This document shows positions 23,767-34,025 of a stretch of 37,360 bases of DNA, piece after piece. Position 1 is the stretch's first letter, and every line of letters begins with the position of its first letter. A program made the translations under genes and the position numbers. Below the pieces are notes generated by a model. The model saw only the letters and a list, made by a program, of their open reading frames with translations, was not told where the DNA came from and did no database searches. The stretch is from a virus (taxonomy: Duplodnaviria > Caudoviricetes): positions 1 through 37,360 of IMG/VR virus record IMGVR_UViG_3300011338_000268. One strand, given 5' to 3'.

Positions 23767-26700
23767 CAAGTGCCCCTTTCTCTGCCAAAGCCGATTGCTT
23801 GATAATCGAACGAACGACTAACCGCAGCCCCGGCGCTATTGCGGAATATAACATCGAAGCCCGTTCGCGTCTTGTTCGAAATAACGTAATAGTCGCCCGT
23901 GTTCATGTTCTGCGCAGCGATGGTGATTGAGCGCAGCTGCCTAAATTTAGGGGCGAACACGACGGAATAGGTTCCCGCGCCAGATACAATGTCGTTCCCT
24001 TTGGCGACGCGATCCGGCATATCGATCGTCACGCTCAAGGATGTCAGCGTCGGGCTCAAAGTGGGCGACAGCGTGTTCATATAGACGCGAAACTTGAGGT
24101 GGCGCGCGGTGTAATCCCCGACCACAAAGCGCCGGTAGCCCTGATAAACTGGGGTCACGCTGTCAACGATTGAATAGTTGACCTGCAACTCTGTGAACAC
24201 ATCGTCGCCGGTATCGCCGTTCACCAGATCTGCGAGTTGGGCGAGTGTCGCCCATGTCGACATCGTGAACAGGTTTGCGGCTGTCCCGACCACGGCGTCA
24301 AACGTCACGCGCGAACTGTAAACTTCGGATAGATCCGTTTCCCCGAACTCATAATAACCTTCAGATCCGTATCCCGTGTCTGCGGTGAACCCGATATATT
24401 CCACGGCGGCGAGCGTCACCCAGCTTGCCATGAAGTTCTGGCTCTCAAGTTGGAGTTTGTTGTCATAGACTTCCAGCCCGGTCTTTGTGCCGGCCCACGG
24501 CGGGCTTTCTGTGATCGTGATCACCACATTCTGCGCGGCGGGATCTTCCAGCGATGCGTTGATGTATTTGGCCGCGACGGATCGGTTTTGCAGCACGTCG
24601 ATAGGTTTGATTGCATACGACCCTGATCTGCTGGGCACAGTGAACGAGCGCGCCTCGCGGGGAAGACTGTTCCCCATTGCCGTCATGCTCTTCCAATCAG
24701 TGTTGCTCTGGTTCGCGGAATACCGGATCTCATATCCGATCACGTCGACTGGGATCGATGGGTATGTCCACTGGACGTAGGTGTGTTCTCCGATTGTGTT
24801 GATGGTGAAAGTGTCGACGGCTGGTGGCTTTGCGGAAGCGCCGATGACTGTATGGTTTGCGATTTCCGCGAACGCGCTGGTCGTTGCTTCATCTGGGCCG
24901 ATGGCGCGCACGGCAATGTCATAGTTGATGCCACTTTCGACGGGGAAGATTTCGACATATGGGCTGTCGACCACCGAATAGGGCATATAGGTGAACGGGT
25001 CATCTGTACCGGATCTGCGGAAGCGCGCTTGAAAAAACGCGGTTCTGGTGACTGTCCCGTCGCTTGGCTTAACAGTTTTGCCCGCCTGCACATAAAGGAA
25101 GATCGACGGCACGATCGCGCCGCTCGACGTGACTTGCAGCGCGGCTTCGTCCGACACGACGCTGGAGATGAATGGACGCGGGGGGCCGTTGAAAGATGCT
25201 GAGACGGGATCCGACAGAATAGTGGTGTATTCTGGGATCGTCGTTGCCGCGTTGTAAATCGCGGCAGAATACGGAACGCAGGTCACAGCCGCCGCGAGGT
25301 CATCTAGGTATTCGATCCCCGCGATCAGCACTTCGAGGCTTTCAAGGTTCTGCTCCCCGAACTGGAACAGATCGCCCGCATTGACATTCGACCCGCCGCT
25401 CGTCACCTCGACAGTGTCGCTGGTCACAGTCGTGCCCGATGATGCGACTGTCAGCGCGCGGGTCGTGCCCGTCGCCGTCTCGCGGATCCGCAAAGTGTAG
25501 GTCTTGCCCGCTTCTCGCGTGACCGGCTCATCGAGCACAATCGTGTTTGATGCGCGCGATACCACGCGTCCCGACATCTGGCCGATCCCCGGCACATCGT
25601 GCGTCAGGCGGCACAGATCGCCGCGCATCGCGACCAGATGCTCGATGTCGAGTTCGAAGGTGAACACCTCCGGCCGAAGGCGCGCCGACGCGATGTAGTG
25701 CCGGCCCAGTTTGTAGACGTTTCGCGCGTCGGTCTGCCCGGGCAAGTCGATCAGCTGAAATGTCGCCGCGTTTGTCTCATCAAAACCTTCGTCATAGACC
25801 ACGCGCTCGTCCTCGCGGTAGCCCCTGTTCTTGTTAAAGAACCGGATCCGCAGCGCATCTGGGATTTCGTTATATATGATCTGCCCGGCGAAATTGCGGG
25901 TATTGCGCGGCGTGAAGTGCTGGATGACTGTCGAGCGCGGTTTCTCAATGATCACTGTCCATTTGTCATCGACGTATGCCGGGCTGGCCTTGCCTGCGTT
26001 CGCGACGTCTTGCAGCAGATCGCGCACTGACAGTTGGAAGTCGATCACCTGATCAAAAGCAAAGCCGTTCGTTTCGCAGAACTCATACCATGCGCCCAGT
26101 TCCGCGTCGTTGATGTTCGCGCTCGCGACTGGCTTCTTGTTCGGCGCGCCCTTCAGGACATAGCGGAAGATCGCGGCTGGGTTGGACGTCGCAGCCACGG
26201 GCGTGACCCACGCGGAGCCATTCCACGTCGGGATCTTGAGCGACACGATCGCGTTTAGTTGGTCGATGACGCCGTTAAGTTGGTCTGTCGCTTTGATACG
26301 AAACGCGCTTTTCGCAATGCCCGACAGGAGCACGGGTTCGGATGCCGTATTGAACGACCGCAGATCCGTCCAGATGCAGCTGTCGCTGATCTTGGCGCTG
26401 TTAGACTGCGCGACTTGGCGCTTGATCCGCACCTCGTATTGCCCGGACGTGAGCCCGCGCTCGCGCTGTGACACGCGTTTCACCTGCGCGGTGTCATCTG
26501 TGTAGGTCTGGTCGAACCATGATGTCCATGACCCCGCGCCGACCAGCCGGTAATCCCCAATGATGCGCGCGGAGGTATTCACACGCTGGCCCTTATCATT
26601 CTGTTTGAACAGCCCGGCGGGGAATGTGAATGTCACGCCGATCTCCGTCGTGGAGAGGGGCGTCGTGCGTTCGGCAAAACTGGTCGTCAGGCGGATTGAT

Positions 26701-27449
26701 AGATCTTCTTGGCTGGCATCCGCCGGGTAGAGGTCAAGTTGGGTCGCGTTGCCGTTAAAGTCGTGTTCGGTTTCGACATCTGCGTAATCTCCAATGGGCG
26801 TGTTTCCGATCTTGATGTCGGAGACTTCGACCGGGCCGTAGCCCCAAATCAGCACGAAGCGCAAATACTGCGCATTGCCGACGACTTCGGTGTAAGGGGT
26901 CGCGCCATAGGGCGGAACCATCCGGTGCGTGCCCAGCACGACCGGCACAGTTTGAAACGGGCTGATGCTGTTGCGCGCCGAAGCGATCCCATATGTCGGG
27001 CTTTCGTTGCGGTTCTGCGTCTGACGCGGGCCAATCAGGGCTGACGCTGCGTAGGTGATCGCCATTGAGACGGCCGCTCCAGCGACGGCTGCCCCGAATG
27101 ACCCGGCGGCGAAACCCAGCGCGGTTGTGATTGTCGGAGCGAAAGACGTTGCGAGGATTGAGATCAGCGTGACAGGATCCTGCGGCACGATGCGCAGATA
27201 GACTGAAGACCCAGACTTCGGGCGGATCTTTGCCCACAGGTCTGGCTCGATATAATCGCCGCCGATGAACGCGCTGATATGGTCGCGGTCAAGCTCATCT
27301 GGAACGAGCGCCGCGATCAGATCCGCAAGCGTGCCGACGGGCGCGACGCGCACAATCAGGCGATCCCCCTGCGATAGCGGGTTCAGAACCAGCGTGATCT
27401 CGATATATTCTGCGAGCGCGCTCTGTTTTGGGTGGGTGAGATCATTCAA
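23766..27449 (-). CDS. Tail tip / central fibre protein (lambda gpJ-like, with a fused gpI-like N-terminus)
   Basis: 1227 aa. VPVVLGTHRM, WGYGP, SNPAAIFRYVL and fibronectin-III-like C-terminal repeats. Confidence 0.85.
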   Translation of the reverse strand: MNDLTHPKQSALAEYIEITLVLNPLSQGDRLIVRVAPVGTLADLIAALVPDELDRDHISAFIGGDYIEPDLWAKIRPKSGSSVYLRIVPQDPVTLISILATSFAPTITTALGFAAGSFGAAVAGAAVSMAITYAASALIGPRQTQNRNESPTYGIASARNSISPFQTVPVVLGTHRMVPPYGATPYTEVVGNAQYLRFVLIWGYGPVEVSDIKIGNTPIGDYADVETEHDFNGNATQLDLYPADASQEDLSIRLTTSFAERTTPLSTTEIGVTFTFPAGLFKQNDKGQRVNTSARIIGDYRLVGAGSWTSWFDQTYTDDTAQVKRVSQRERGLTSGQYEVRIKRQVAQSNSAKISDSCIWTDLRSFNTASEPVLLSGIAKSAFRIKATDQLNGVIDQLNAIVSLKIPTWNGSAWVTPVAATSNPAAIFRYVLKGAPNKKPVASANINDAELGAWYEFCETNGFAFDQVIDFQLSVRDLLQDVANAGKASPAYVDDKWTVIIEKPRSTVIQHFTPRNTRNFAGQIIYNEIPDALRIRFFNKNRGYREDERVVYDEGFDETNAATFQLIDLPGQTDARNVYKLGRHYIASARLRPEVFTFELDIEHLVAMRGDLCRLTHDVPGIGQMSGRVVSRASNTIVLDEPVTREAGKTYTLRIRETATGTTRALTVASSGTTVTSDTVEVTSGGSNVNAGDLFQFGEQNLESLEVLIAGIEYLDDLAAAVTCVPYSAAIYNAATTIPEYTTILSDPVSASFNGPPRPFISSVVSDEAALQVTSSGAIVPSIFLYVQAGKTVKPSDGTVTRTAFFQARFRRSGTDDPFTYMPYSVVDSPYVEIFPVESGINYDIAVRAIGPDEATTSAFAEIANHTVIGASAKPPAVDTFTINTIGEHTYVQWTYPSIPVDVIGYEIRYSANQSNTDWKSMTAMGNSLPREARSFTVPSRSGSYAIKPIDVLQNRSVAAKYINASLEDPAAQNVVITITESPPWAGTKTGLEVYDNKLQLESQNFMASWVTLAAVEYIGFTADTGYGSEGYYEFGETDLSEVYSSRVTFDAVVGTAANLFTMSTWATLAQLADLVNGDTGDDVFTELQVNYSIVDSVTPVYQGYRRFVVGDYTARHLKFRVYMNTLSPTLSPTLTSLSVTIDMPDRVAKGNDIVSGAGTYSVVFAPKFRQLRSITIAAQNMNTGDYYVISNKTRTGFDVIFRNSAGAAVSRSFDYQAIGFGRERGT

Positions 27450-27879
27450 GGCGATATGCTCCGATCACGCGCTGCAAGAACCGATTGTCGCCTCTATAGC
27501 GCGAAACGCAAGATCCGATAACCTCTTCTGCATGGAGCACAAAGCCCGGCTCCGTCACGATCCCGCAATGCGTCGCGCGCCGCTTGCCCTTATAGAACCC
27601 CCACATATGCAAAACATCGCCAGCGCGCACATCCGCGAGATCGACCTGCACGCCTGTTGCGGCGAAATCCGCGAAGGATCCCATGCCGCGCTCGATCTGG
27701 CTCTCCATTTCGTTGTGGCGCGGCAGTTTGATCTTATAGACTTCTTTGTAAACCAAGCAGACAAGCCCCCAGCACGACGCGCCTTCGCGCGTCGACCCGT
27801 TCCATTGAAACGGGATCCCGACATAATTGTTCCACCAGTTAGAAGATGCCGGGGAAAGTGGACGGCGAGAAGGTTGCAC
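27442..27879 (-). CDS. NlpC/P60 tail tip peptidase (gpK-like)
   Basis: YVGIPF, SCWGLV, HCGI and VLHA (Cys-His-His). Confidence 0.85.
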   Translation of the reverse strand: MQPSRRPLSPASSNWWNNYVGIPFQWNGSTREGASCWGLVCLVYKEVYKIKLPRHNEMESQIERGMGSFADFAATGVQVDLADVRAGDVLHMWGFYKGKRRATHCGIVTEPGFVLHAEEVIGSCVSRYRGDNRFLQRVIGAYRLE

Positions 27880-28315
27880 TTGGGAAGGGCTCCGTGAGAA
27901 AATTGTCGATCGTGAGGTCGATGTTCATCGCGTCTGCGTTATAGGTGACGGAAGCCGCGACCAGCCCCGACACGCTCTGCAAAATGGTATTCGGCGCGCT
28001 CGCGTCGATAACTTCGAGTTTGAACGCGGGCCGCTCGCGCTGCCCGGCGAGCGTGCGCAGGATGTTGAGTTCGGTCGTGACGTGCGACAGCGTGAGGCGC
28101 GCGCGCACTTGCAGCGCGGGATCGTCTGGCGGGAGCGTCACGGCGAACGGAAAGGCGATATAGGTGTTTCCGCCGGATGTGATGTTCTCTGTGTTGTTGA
28201 CCAGATAAAACGTGTCCAGATCGCTGTGCGTGATCTCGAGCAGCACCAGAAACGCGCGCGTCGTCGTCTGCGAGTTCACGGCGGTGATAACAGCGGTGGG
28301 AAGCGTGCGCGCCAT
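27839..28315 (-). CDS. Minor tail protein (DUF1833/gpL-like)
   Basis: LLEITH, YLVNNTENI, YIAFPF..TLP and FSPSTFPGIF. Confidence 0.8.
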   Translation of the reverse strand: MARTLPTAVITAVNSQTTTRAFLVLLEITHSDLDTFYLVNNTENITSGGNTYIAFPFAVTLPPDDPALQVRARLTLSHVTTELNILRTLAGQRERPAFKLEVIDASAPNTILQSVSGLVAASVTYNADAMNIDLTIDNFLTEPFPSATFSPSTFPGIF

Positions 28316-28680
28316 TAGGGGAGCACCTCTAGAACGATCTCAATGCGCCATTGCCCCGTGCCCGCCGTGCCCCCGCCAGAGACGGCGGAAAGAGAAGGCG
28401 GCGACACGAAGCGCGCTGAGATGGTCGAGAAATCAGCCGGGTCGGTGAAATCGAACTCGCTGGTTCCTTCGGAGAGCGTCGTCTTGTAAAACGTGTCAAA
28501 CGTCGCGCGCTCCGTGCCCGTCAACAGCATCGTGCCCGACAGAAAGCGCGAGGTCGCGGTGAACCGCTTGCGCTGCTTATAGGGGCCGGTTTCGGTCTGC
28601 GAGCGAATGAAGCCCTGCTGCCGCGTGTCCTGCACGCCGACTTCGAAATATTGCGGAAGTGATCCCGGCCATGTCGGCAT
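28315..28680 (-). CDS. Distal tail protein (gpM-like)
   Basis: WPGSLP, IRSQTETGPYKQRKRFT and FDTFY..TL.EG..EFDF.DP. Follows the tape measure gene. Confidence 0.8.
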   Translation of the reverse strand: MPTWPGSLPQYFEVGVQDTRQQGFIRSQTETGPYKQRKRFTATSRFLSGTMLLTGTERATFDTFYKTTLSEGTSEFDFTDPADFSTISARFVSPPSLSAVSGGGTAGTGQWRIEIVLEVLP

Positions 28681-28683
28681 GAT

Positions 28684-30717
28684 CTAGCCCCTTTGCTGCA
28701 AACGGCTGCCAAGCCCGAACGTCGTGCGGATCGCGCGATAGCTGGGGCCGCCCGAAGTGATGTCCTGCGCGATGGCGCGGCCGATCTCGATGACGAGGTT
28801 CCCCGCGCTGTCCGATGACGCCGTGGCGTCCTGCCCGCTGTAATTGTTGATGATGACATTCGGCGCGCTATTGCCATTGGCTGCGGCCACGCCCAGCTTG
28901 CCATCCGCGCCGCGCGCCAGCGGCATGATCGCCTCCGGCCCTGCTTCGCCCATCAGCCCGACGCCGTTTGCGAACGGGAAGATCGTAGGCCCGCCCACGA
29001 CGCCGCCTTTGGCAAAGGCGGTCACGCCCGCGCTGTTAAACACGCGCCCGTCCGCTGCGAATATCCCCGCGATCCCAGCCGCGATGGGCTTGGAGAATTG
29101 CTGCGCAAATAGATCCTGCGCGACTTGTGCGAGCACGTTTGACGCAAAGTCGAGCAATGCCTCGCCAAGCGTCTTCGTCCCGTCCAATACGGATGCGAAG
29201 GCGCTGTTGAGTTCGCTCTCGATTGTGCCTGCAACGCCTTTAACCAACTCTTGAAATGGGTCAAGGGTTTCAGTCAGCTTCGCCATCTCTTGGTCGACTT
29301 TTGCGGCCGCCCCACCGCTGCTGCGCATGGTTTCGTTAAAGGTCGCAAGCTGGGCCTGCGCTTCTGCCGTGGCCGCAGCACTGTCGACAGTCTCTTGCCG
29401 CAGTGCTTCAAATTGCATCCGCAGGCCCATGTCTTGCGACCCCCGCAAAGCTCCTGCTTCTAGGTCAAACATCGCGCCAGCTTGCCCGACTGGGTCGCCC
29501 GCAAACTTGAGCCTGATCTCTGCTTCGCGGCGCGCCCGATTAGCGTTGGCCGCCATTGCGATAGCGTTCGATGCCGCGCGTCCCATCTCATCTGCTAGGG
29601 CGGTGGCGTTAGACGTCGCCGCGCTGATGTTGCCCGCCGCTGCTGCGGTTCCGTCTGCCAAATCTAGCCCGGCAAGAGCAGCGTTGACCATTTGCTGTGT
29701 GAGCTCTCGCTGCGCCGCCGTCATGTTTTCCGTGCCGCCAGTGATCTCAAGCATTAGCCGCTTGACCTCTGCAAGTGCAGCGACCTGCTCGTCGACAGTC
29801 AGCGCCGTTTGTAAGTCTGCAAGAGCGGCGGAGAACGTGACGGCCTCTTCTTGCGTCGAACCCAGCGCGACCTTGACGCGCTCAATTCCCGCCCGGTATC
29901 CGTCCAAGTCGTCGATCTGTGTCTGCAACCCCATAATGCGGCCAGATAGGAAGCCCGCCTGCGCGTCGCCGGCTGTCTCTGCTTGCTTCTGGAGATCCGC
30001 CATCTGCGCGCGCAAGACTTCGACCCGTTCTCCCGTGGCGATTAGCTGCTCGCCTGTCTGCCCTTCGAAGTCACCAAACGCGCCGACGAGTGCTTCAGCA
30101 GATGCCGAGAGCGCGTCTAGGGCGTTAAGTTTGGCGAGTTCTTGGTTGATCTGTAGGAGTTCGCGCGCCTTGCCGGATGCTGCGCCATACTGCTCGATCA
30201 GCTTATCGGTAGGTGAAGCAGCGGCAGCTGATGCGGATGCGTAGGCGTCGACAGCATCCGCGAGTTCTTCGACCGCCTTCGTGAGCGTATCCGCGCTGTC
30301 AGCAGCGCCGATTAAGGAAGGCGCAAAGGTCAGCAGAGCACCGACTGCAACGCCGATAACAGCGCCCAGAGGCCCGAAGCCCCCAAGCATCTGCGGGAGT
30401 TGCTGCCCGAGCGCCCGGGACGCCGGGACGCCCATTTCCATTTGAACGATAAGGTCAGAAAGCTGGAAGCTGGTGTTTTGGATGCGCGACGAATTGTTAT
30501 TAAATGCAGCCCCGATGCGATCCATCGCGCCCGGAAGCGGGCGCGCAGTGGTGGCAATCTTAGCCTGCGCGGCCGAGGTCGCGTTAAGCTGGTTCTCCAA
30601 GCTGTCGGCTGCGGTCGCCGCGCCCTTGGCCGCGTTCGTGAACTGTCCAAGCTGCTGCGCAGATTGCGCTGCGCCTTTGGTCTGAACTTCGACGCCGAGA
30701 GTTACTAGACTGGTCAT
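28684..30717 (-). CDS. Tape measure protein (677 aa)
   Basis: Ala-rich helical. QLSDLIVQ...QQLPQ and a C-terminal GEAGPEAIMPL. Confidence 0.9.
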   Translation of the reverse strand: MTSLVTLGVEVQTKGAAQSAQQLGQFTNAAKGAATAADSLENQLNATSAAQAKIATTARPLPGAMDRIGAAFNNNSSRIQNTSFQLSDLIVQMEMGVPASRALGQQLPQMLGGFGPLGAVIGVAVGALLTFAPSLIGAADSADTLTKAVEELADAVDAYASASAAAASPTDKLIEQYGAASGKARELLQINQELAKLNALDALSASAEALVGAFGDFEGQTGEQLIATGERVEVLRAQMADLQKQAETAGDAQAGFLSGRIMGLQTQIDDLDGYRAGIERVKVALGSTQEEAVTFSAALADLQTALTVDEQVAALAEVKRLMLEITGGTENMTAAQRELTQQMVNAALAGLDLADGTAAAAGNISAATSNATALADEMGRAASNAIAMAANANRARREAEIRLKFAGDPVGQAGAMFDLEAGALRGSQDMGLRMQFEALRQETVDSAAATAEAQAQLATFNETMRSSGGAAAKVDQEMAKLTETLDPFQELVKGVAGTIESELNSAFASVLDGTKTLGEALLDFASNVLAQVAQDLFAQQFSKPIAAGIAGIFAADGRVFNSAGVTAFAKGGVVGGPTIFPFANGVGLMGEAGPEAIMPLARGADGKLGVAAANGNSAPNVIINNYSGQDATASSDSAGNLVIEIGRAIAQDITSGGPSYRAIRTTFGLGSRLQQRG

Positions 30718-31058
30718 TTCTTCGCCCTCTCTGCGTGCCACAAGCCATCGAGTTCTGCGATCGCGTCGACTTCTAGGGGCGTGAAGACCCGCCCGGTGAG
30801 CTTACTATATGCTAACACCTCCGAAAATGCTATGGGCGCGTCAGCCGGTCTGGCACGATGCAGGCGCAGGAACACCGACCAGAACTCGCCCATCGTCTGC
30901 GGCAGTGGGGTGATGTCCAGTTCGTGCGGCCGGATCCCCGTTGCCTTTTCGACTTGTTCGTAATGCTCTCGCAGCGAGATGCCATCTTTGTCCCGTTGCG
31001 CGAGCCGAAAGACGCCCTCAGCGTGCTTTATGAGCTCGCCGAGGGCTCCTCGAAAAAA
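30714..31058 (-). CDS. Tail assembly chaperone, frameshifted extension (gpT-like)
   Basis: The -1 frame is open from the slippery site to a TGA overlapping the tape measure ATG: RGALGELIKHAEGVF...FWSVFLRLHRAR..PIAFSEVLAY..EVDAIAELD. Confidence 0.85.
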   Translation of the reverse strand, partial: FFRGALGELIKHAEGVFRLAQRDKDGISLREHYEQVEKATGIRPHELDITPLPQTMGEFWSVFLRLHRARPADAPIAFSEVLAYSKLTGRVFTPLEVDAIAELDGLWHAERAKK

Positions 31059-31396
31059 TTGGCACGGGTCGACGCGGCTGCGAATACATCATCGCGCAGC
31101 CACGCGGGAAACTTGGCATAAATCGCCGCAGCGTCTTCCACGCGCGGGCGATCCTTGCCTGCGGTGATATCCCAGCGCGCTGTGATCCGTCCAAGAAACG
31201 CGACCAGCTTTTCCGTCGGATCCTCTAGACCCATCCGCCCGACTTCTGCCAGCGCGTTGCGATATTGCGGGGTGTCCGCCCCATAGATCTCGATCCACTG
31301 AGGCGACCCGTCTTTGTTCAAGACGGGCTCCTTTTTGATCGGGTGCAAAACAGTGTAGGTATAGGTTTCGCGGAATGTGAGGTCGTAAAGATCCAT
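31028..31396 (-). CDS. Tail assembly chaperone (gpG-like)
   Basis: Lies between the tail tube and tape measure genes. Ends ..RANFFEEPSASS. Confidence 0.85.
   Translation of the reverse strand: MDLYDLTFRETYTYTVLHPIKKEPVLNKDGSPQWIEIYGADTPQYRNALAEVGRMGLEDPTEKLVAFLGRITARWDITAGKDRPRVEDAAAIYAKFPAWLRDDVFAAASTRANFFEEPSASS
31052..31058 (-). other. Programmed -1 ribosomal frameshift site T TTT TTC
   Basis: AAT TTT TTC in frame, an X XXY YYZ heptamer. The -1 frame stays open for about 110 codons. Confidence 0.85.
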
Positions 31397-31406
31397 CGGC
31401 TGCCCT

Positions 31407-32318
31407 TTATGATGTCGTGCGCGTGATGCGCAGTTGCGTGCCCGTCGAACTGTCGCGCAGCGCGACAAACGGGATGGTCAGCAGGCGGGATGCCGGGCTG
31501 GCGACAGGAACGGCCGCGCCGTTGATCTTGATGCGCGGCATCAGCAGCGTGTAGTTTAGGCCTGCCACGCGGTCGTCCAGCACGATCGAAAGCGAGCTTT
31601 CGGTCTCGTTCAGGAACTTGGTGATCAGCGCCGCGTCTTGATAGAACACAGTCATCGTGCCCTCTAGAGACGACATACCAAACTCCATCTGGGGCGTCGA
31701 GACCGCGCCGAGCGCGAAGGTCGGGTTAAGGTTGTTGTTGAGTGTGAAGTCGATCGAGTTGACATAGGCGATCGAAGATCCGCCCTCGGTGATCGTCCCC
31801 GAGAAGCTGTCGAAGGGCTCATTTCCGGAGGCTGCGGTTAAACTCGCGTCGAGCGGGCTCGTGCTCTGCGTCATGTTCTTGCCGATGATCCCGAAGGTCG
31901 CGGTCGTCATCTGGTTCGGCGCGATCGACATCTGCATCGTGTTGACCATGCAGCCAGTGAAGGCGCGATACTGCGTGATGTCGAGAGCGCCGTCCTCGAG
32001 CGTGAACGACTTCACAGTCGTGCCGGTGTTGAGGACGTTCGTCGAGAAAGCGCCGAATAGCGCGCCTTCGAGAAGGAAGTCATAATCCGCCGGGCGCATC
32101 TCGACGGCAATGTCGCCTGCGACAGTGCGCTGCCCGTGGCGATCAATGCGCGGCATGCGATCCGGCGTGATTTCCGCCGACTGCACGCGGGTCTTGCTGA
32201 GATCGACCGCGTGCGTGTTGAACGGGAGCGAAACCATCGCGGGCGTCGCGGGTGTCGTGCCATAAGTGCTCTCCACCACATAGGCGAGCTGCGTTCTGGA
32301 ACCTTGTGAAAACGGCAT
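31407..32318 (-). CDS. Major tail tube protein
   Basis: YVVESTYGTTP, SFTLE, YRAFTGCMVN, IDFTLNNNL and LMPRIKING. Confidence 0.85.
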   Translation of the reverse strand: MPFSQGSRTQLAYVVESTYGTTPATPAMVSLPFNTHAVDLSKTRVQSAEITPDRMPRIDRHGQRTVAGDIAVEMRPADYDFLLEGALFGAFSTNVLNTGTTVKSFTLEDGALDITQYRAFTGCMVNTMQMSIAPNQMTTATFGIIGKNMTQSTSPLDASLTAASGNEPFDSFSGTITEGGSSIAYVNSIDFTLNNNLNPTFALGAVSTPQMEFGMSSLEGTMTVFYQDAALITKFLNETESSLSIVLDDRVAGLNYTLLMPRIKINGAAVPVASPASRLLTIPFVALRDSSTGTQLRITRTTS

Positions 32319-32333
32319 CTTCGAGCCCTCCTT

Positions 32334-32753
32334 TTATGAGCTGGTGTAACTATACCATGAAATGGACACAGTGACGATATACCACGGCGCATCGAGCACG
32401 GCGACCCCGCGCTCTGCGTAATTGAACCGCACATTCACGCCGTTAGACGTCAGCCCGGTGTCGACTGTAAAGGCGGCGCGGATCGCGTCTGCCAGCGCGT
32501 CTGCGGCCGCTGGGCCTGCGCCCTCTGGCAAGTGCGCGGTGACAAGAAAGCTGCCATCGTGCCGGATCTGCGGGCTGGGCCCGCGCACGGCTGGGCGGCT
32601 CGTCACGGGCACAAGCGCCATGCGAACCCATGCGGTGTTGGTTGTTGGGGTGAACCGCACGTTCTCCCACGCGCGATTGCTCGATGACGGGATCCCCGAA
32701 ACATTGGCGATCTGCTGTTCAAGAGCCGCGCGGATGTCTTGCATCACTGTCAT
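32334..32753 (-). CDS. Tail terminator protein
   Basis: AWENVRFTP..WVR, GPAAADALADAIRAAF and WYIVTVSISW. Gene position fits. Confidence 0.75.
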   Translation of the reverse strand: MTVMQDIRAALEQQIANVSGIPSSSNRAWENVRFTPTTNTAWVRMALVPVTSRPAVRGPSPQIRHDGSFLVTAHLPEGAGPAAADALADAIRAAFTVDTGLTSNGVNVRFNYAERGVAVLDAPWYIVTVSISWYSYTSS

Positions 32754-33187
32754 GGGATCCCCGCCGCTTTGATGTTCCGGATCTCGACCACGACATCTGC
32801 GGCAATCGCTGAAGCGCGCGCCAGCACCTTTGCCAGGAACTGCGTGCGCGCTTCAACAAAGATCGCATAGTTCGCGCCATTCAGCAGATAGAGCGACCCG
32901 TCGAGGCTTGCCAGCGCGCCAGCCTGCCCAGAGAGGCGCGCAAGTGTTGCCCCCGGCGCGCCTGCGGTGACTTCGCCCTGCCCAGCGCCGGGCGACCCTG
33001 TGAGTGTGGGGGAGAGGAACCACGATGCACGGAGCCGCCCGGTCTTCACCGGCGTGCCGCGCACGACCTCAAGCGCAAGCCGGTTTGCAAACTCGTTGCG
33101 CGCCTGCGCGACAGTCGCCCCTGCGTCAGCGGCGAGCTTGTCGAGGTCGACTGTGATTTTCTGGAGGAGCTGGCCCTGCGCCATCAT
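32750..33187 (-). CDS. Neck/tail completion protein (HK97 gp10-like)
   Basis: TPVKTGRLRASW and NGANYAIFVE. Confidence 0.75.
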   Translation of the reverse strand: MMAQGQLLQKITVDLDKLAADAGATVAQARNEFANRLALEVVRGTPVKTGRLRASWFLSPTLTGSPGAGQGEVTAGAPGATLARLSGQAGALASLDGSLYLLNGANYAIFVEARTQFLAKVLARASAIAADVVVEIRNIKAAGIP

Positions 33188-33561
33188 TCCCTCACTTGGC
33201 AGATATAGGCGAGGATCGACGCGCCGCTCTTGATCGTCTGGACGGAGACGACCCGCACCGCGTCGCCTTCGCCCCGCAGTTCGTCATCAATCTGCGGCGT
33301 CTTGGTCAGCGCCGTGCCGTTATAGGTCGCGGCCATGACTGCCTTGCGGTCGCCGCGCTGCACCAGCGTGCCGTCAATGTCGCGCGCGGTATAACTGAGG
33401 AAGACGACGCGCGCCGTTTCGTCGGCATTGGAACCGCCCGAGACCGCGCCGGTCGCTGGGTTGTAGGATCCGCCATTGCTCGGGCGGCGAAAGGTAAGAT
33501 CGTAACCGTGCTCCCGGAGAAGCGCGACGACGTCCTTCTGCATCTGCGCGCCGGTTGCCAT
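33184..33561 (-). CDS. Head closure protein
   Basis: YNPATG, IDGTLVQRGD and LAYICQVR. Confidence 0.75.
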   Translation of the reverse strand: MATGAQMQKDVVALLREHGYDLTFRRPSNGGSYNPATGAVSGGSNADETARVVFLSYTARDIDGTLVQRGDRKAVMAATYNGTALTKTPQIDDELRGEGDAVRVVSVQTIKSGASILAYICQVRE

Positions 33562-33566
33562 TGTGT

Positions 33567-34025
33567 TTAGTCCTCGTCAAGCATGGGGTCGAAGCGCGGC
33601 GGGTTGCTGAACTGATCGACCCGGAAGGCTGACGGCACGCGGTCGCTGTCGTCCTCGACGCCCTGCATCTCCGATATCGACATCCCGCCTGCGACGGGCA
33701 CGCCCAGCCCGACGGAACCCAGCCGCTTGCCTTCTTTGATTAGGCGAACGGCTAGTTCGGCGTATTGCGTCGCGCGCTGGGAGTAGGACGACGAAACGCT
33801 TTCGATGCTGGTGTCCACCAGCCGCGCATATTTGCCAGACAGCGCGCGGCAGATGAGCGCGCTCGCGTTGTAAATGTCATCAGCGGCCTGCGAGAGCCCG
33901 AAGGCGATCTCTTCGTCGCTGACTTGCTGATCGGTCGTGTCGGTGTCGCCTACGAGGAGGCGCACGGCATCACGCCGCGTTGTTGCGCTCGTTGTGCCGG
34001 GCGCTCCCCCGTAAGTCCACGTCAT
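33567..34025 (-). CDS. Head-tail adaptor protein
   Basis: RDAVRLLVGDTD...SDEEI. Gene position fits. Confidence 0.75.
   Translation of the reverse strand: MTWTYGGAPGTTSATTRRDAVRLLVGDTDTTDQQVSDEEIAFGLSQAADDIYNASALICRALSGKYARLVDTSIESVSSSYSQRATQYAELAVRLIKEGKRLGSVGLGVPVAGGMSISEMQGVEDDSDRVPSAFRVDQFSNPPRFDPMLDED

Noticed and set aside
27827-27879. Frameshift fusion of the gpL-like and NlpC/P60 genes, since there is no ATG at the expected place
   Set aside because: A GTG at 27879 with an upstream GGAG explains initiation, and there is no convincing slippery site.
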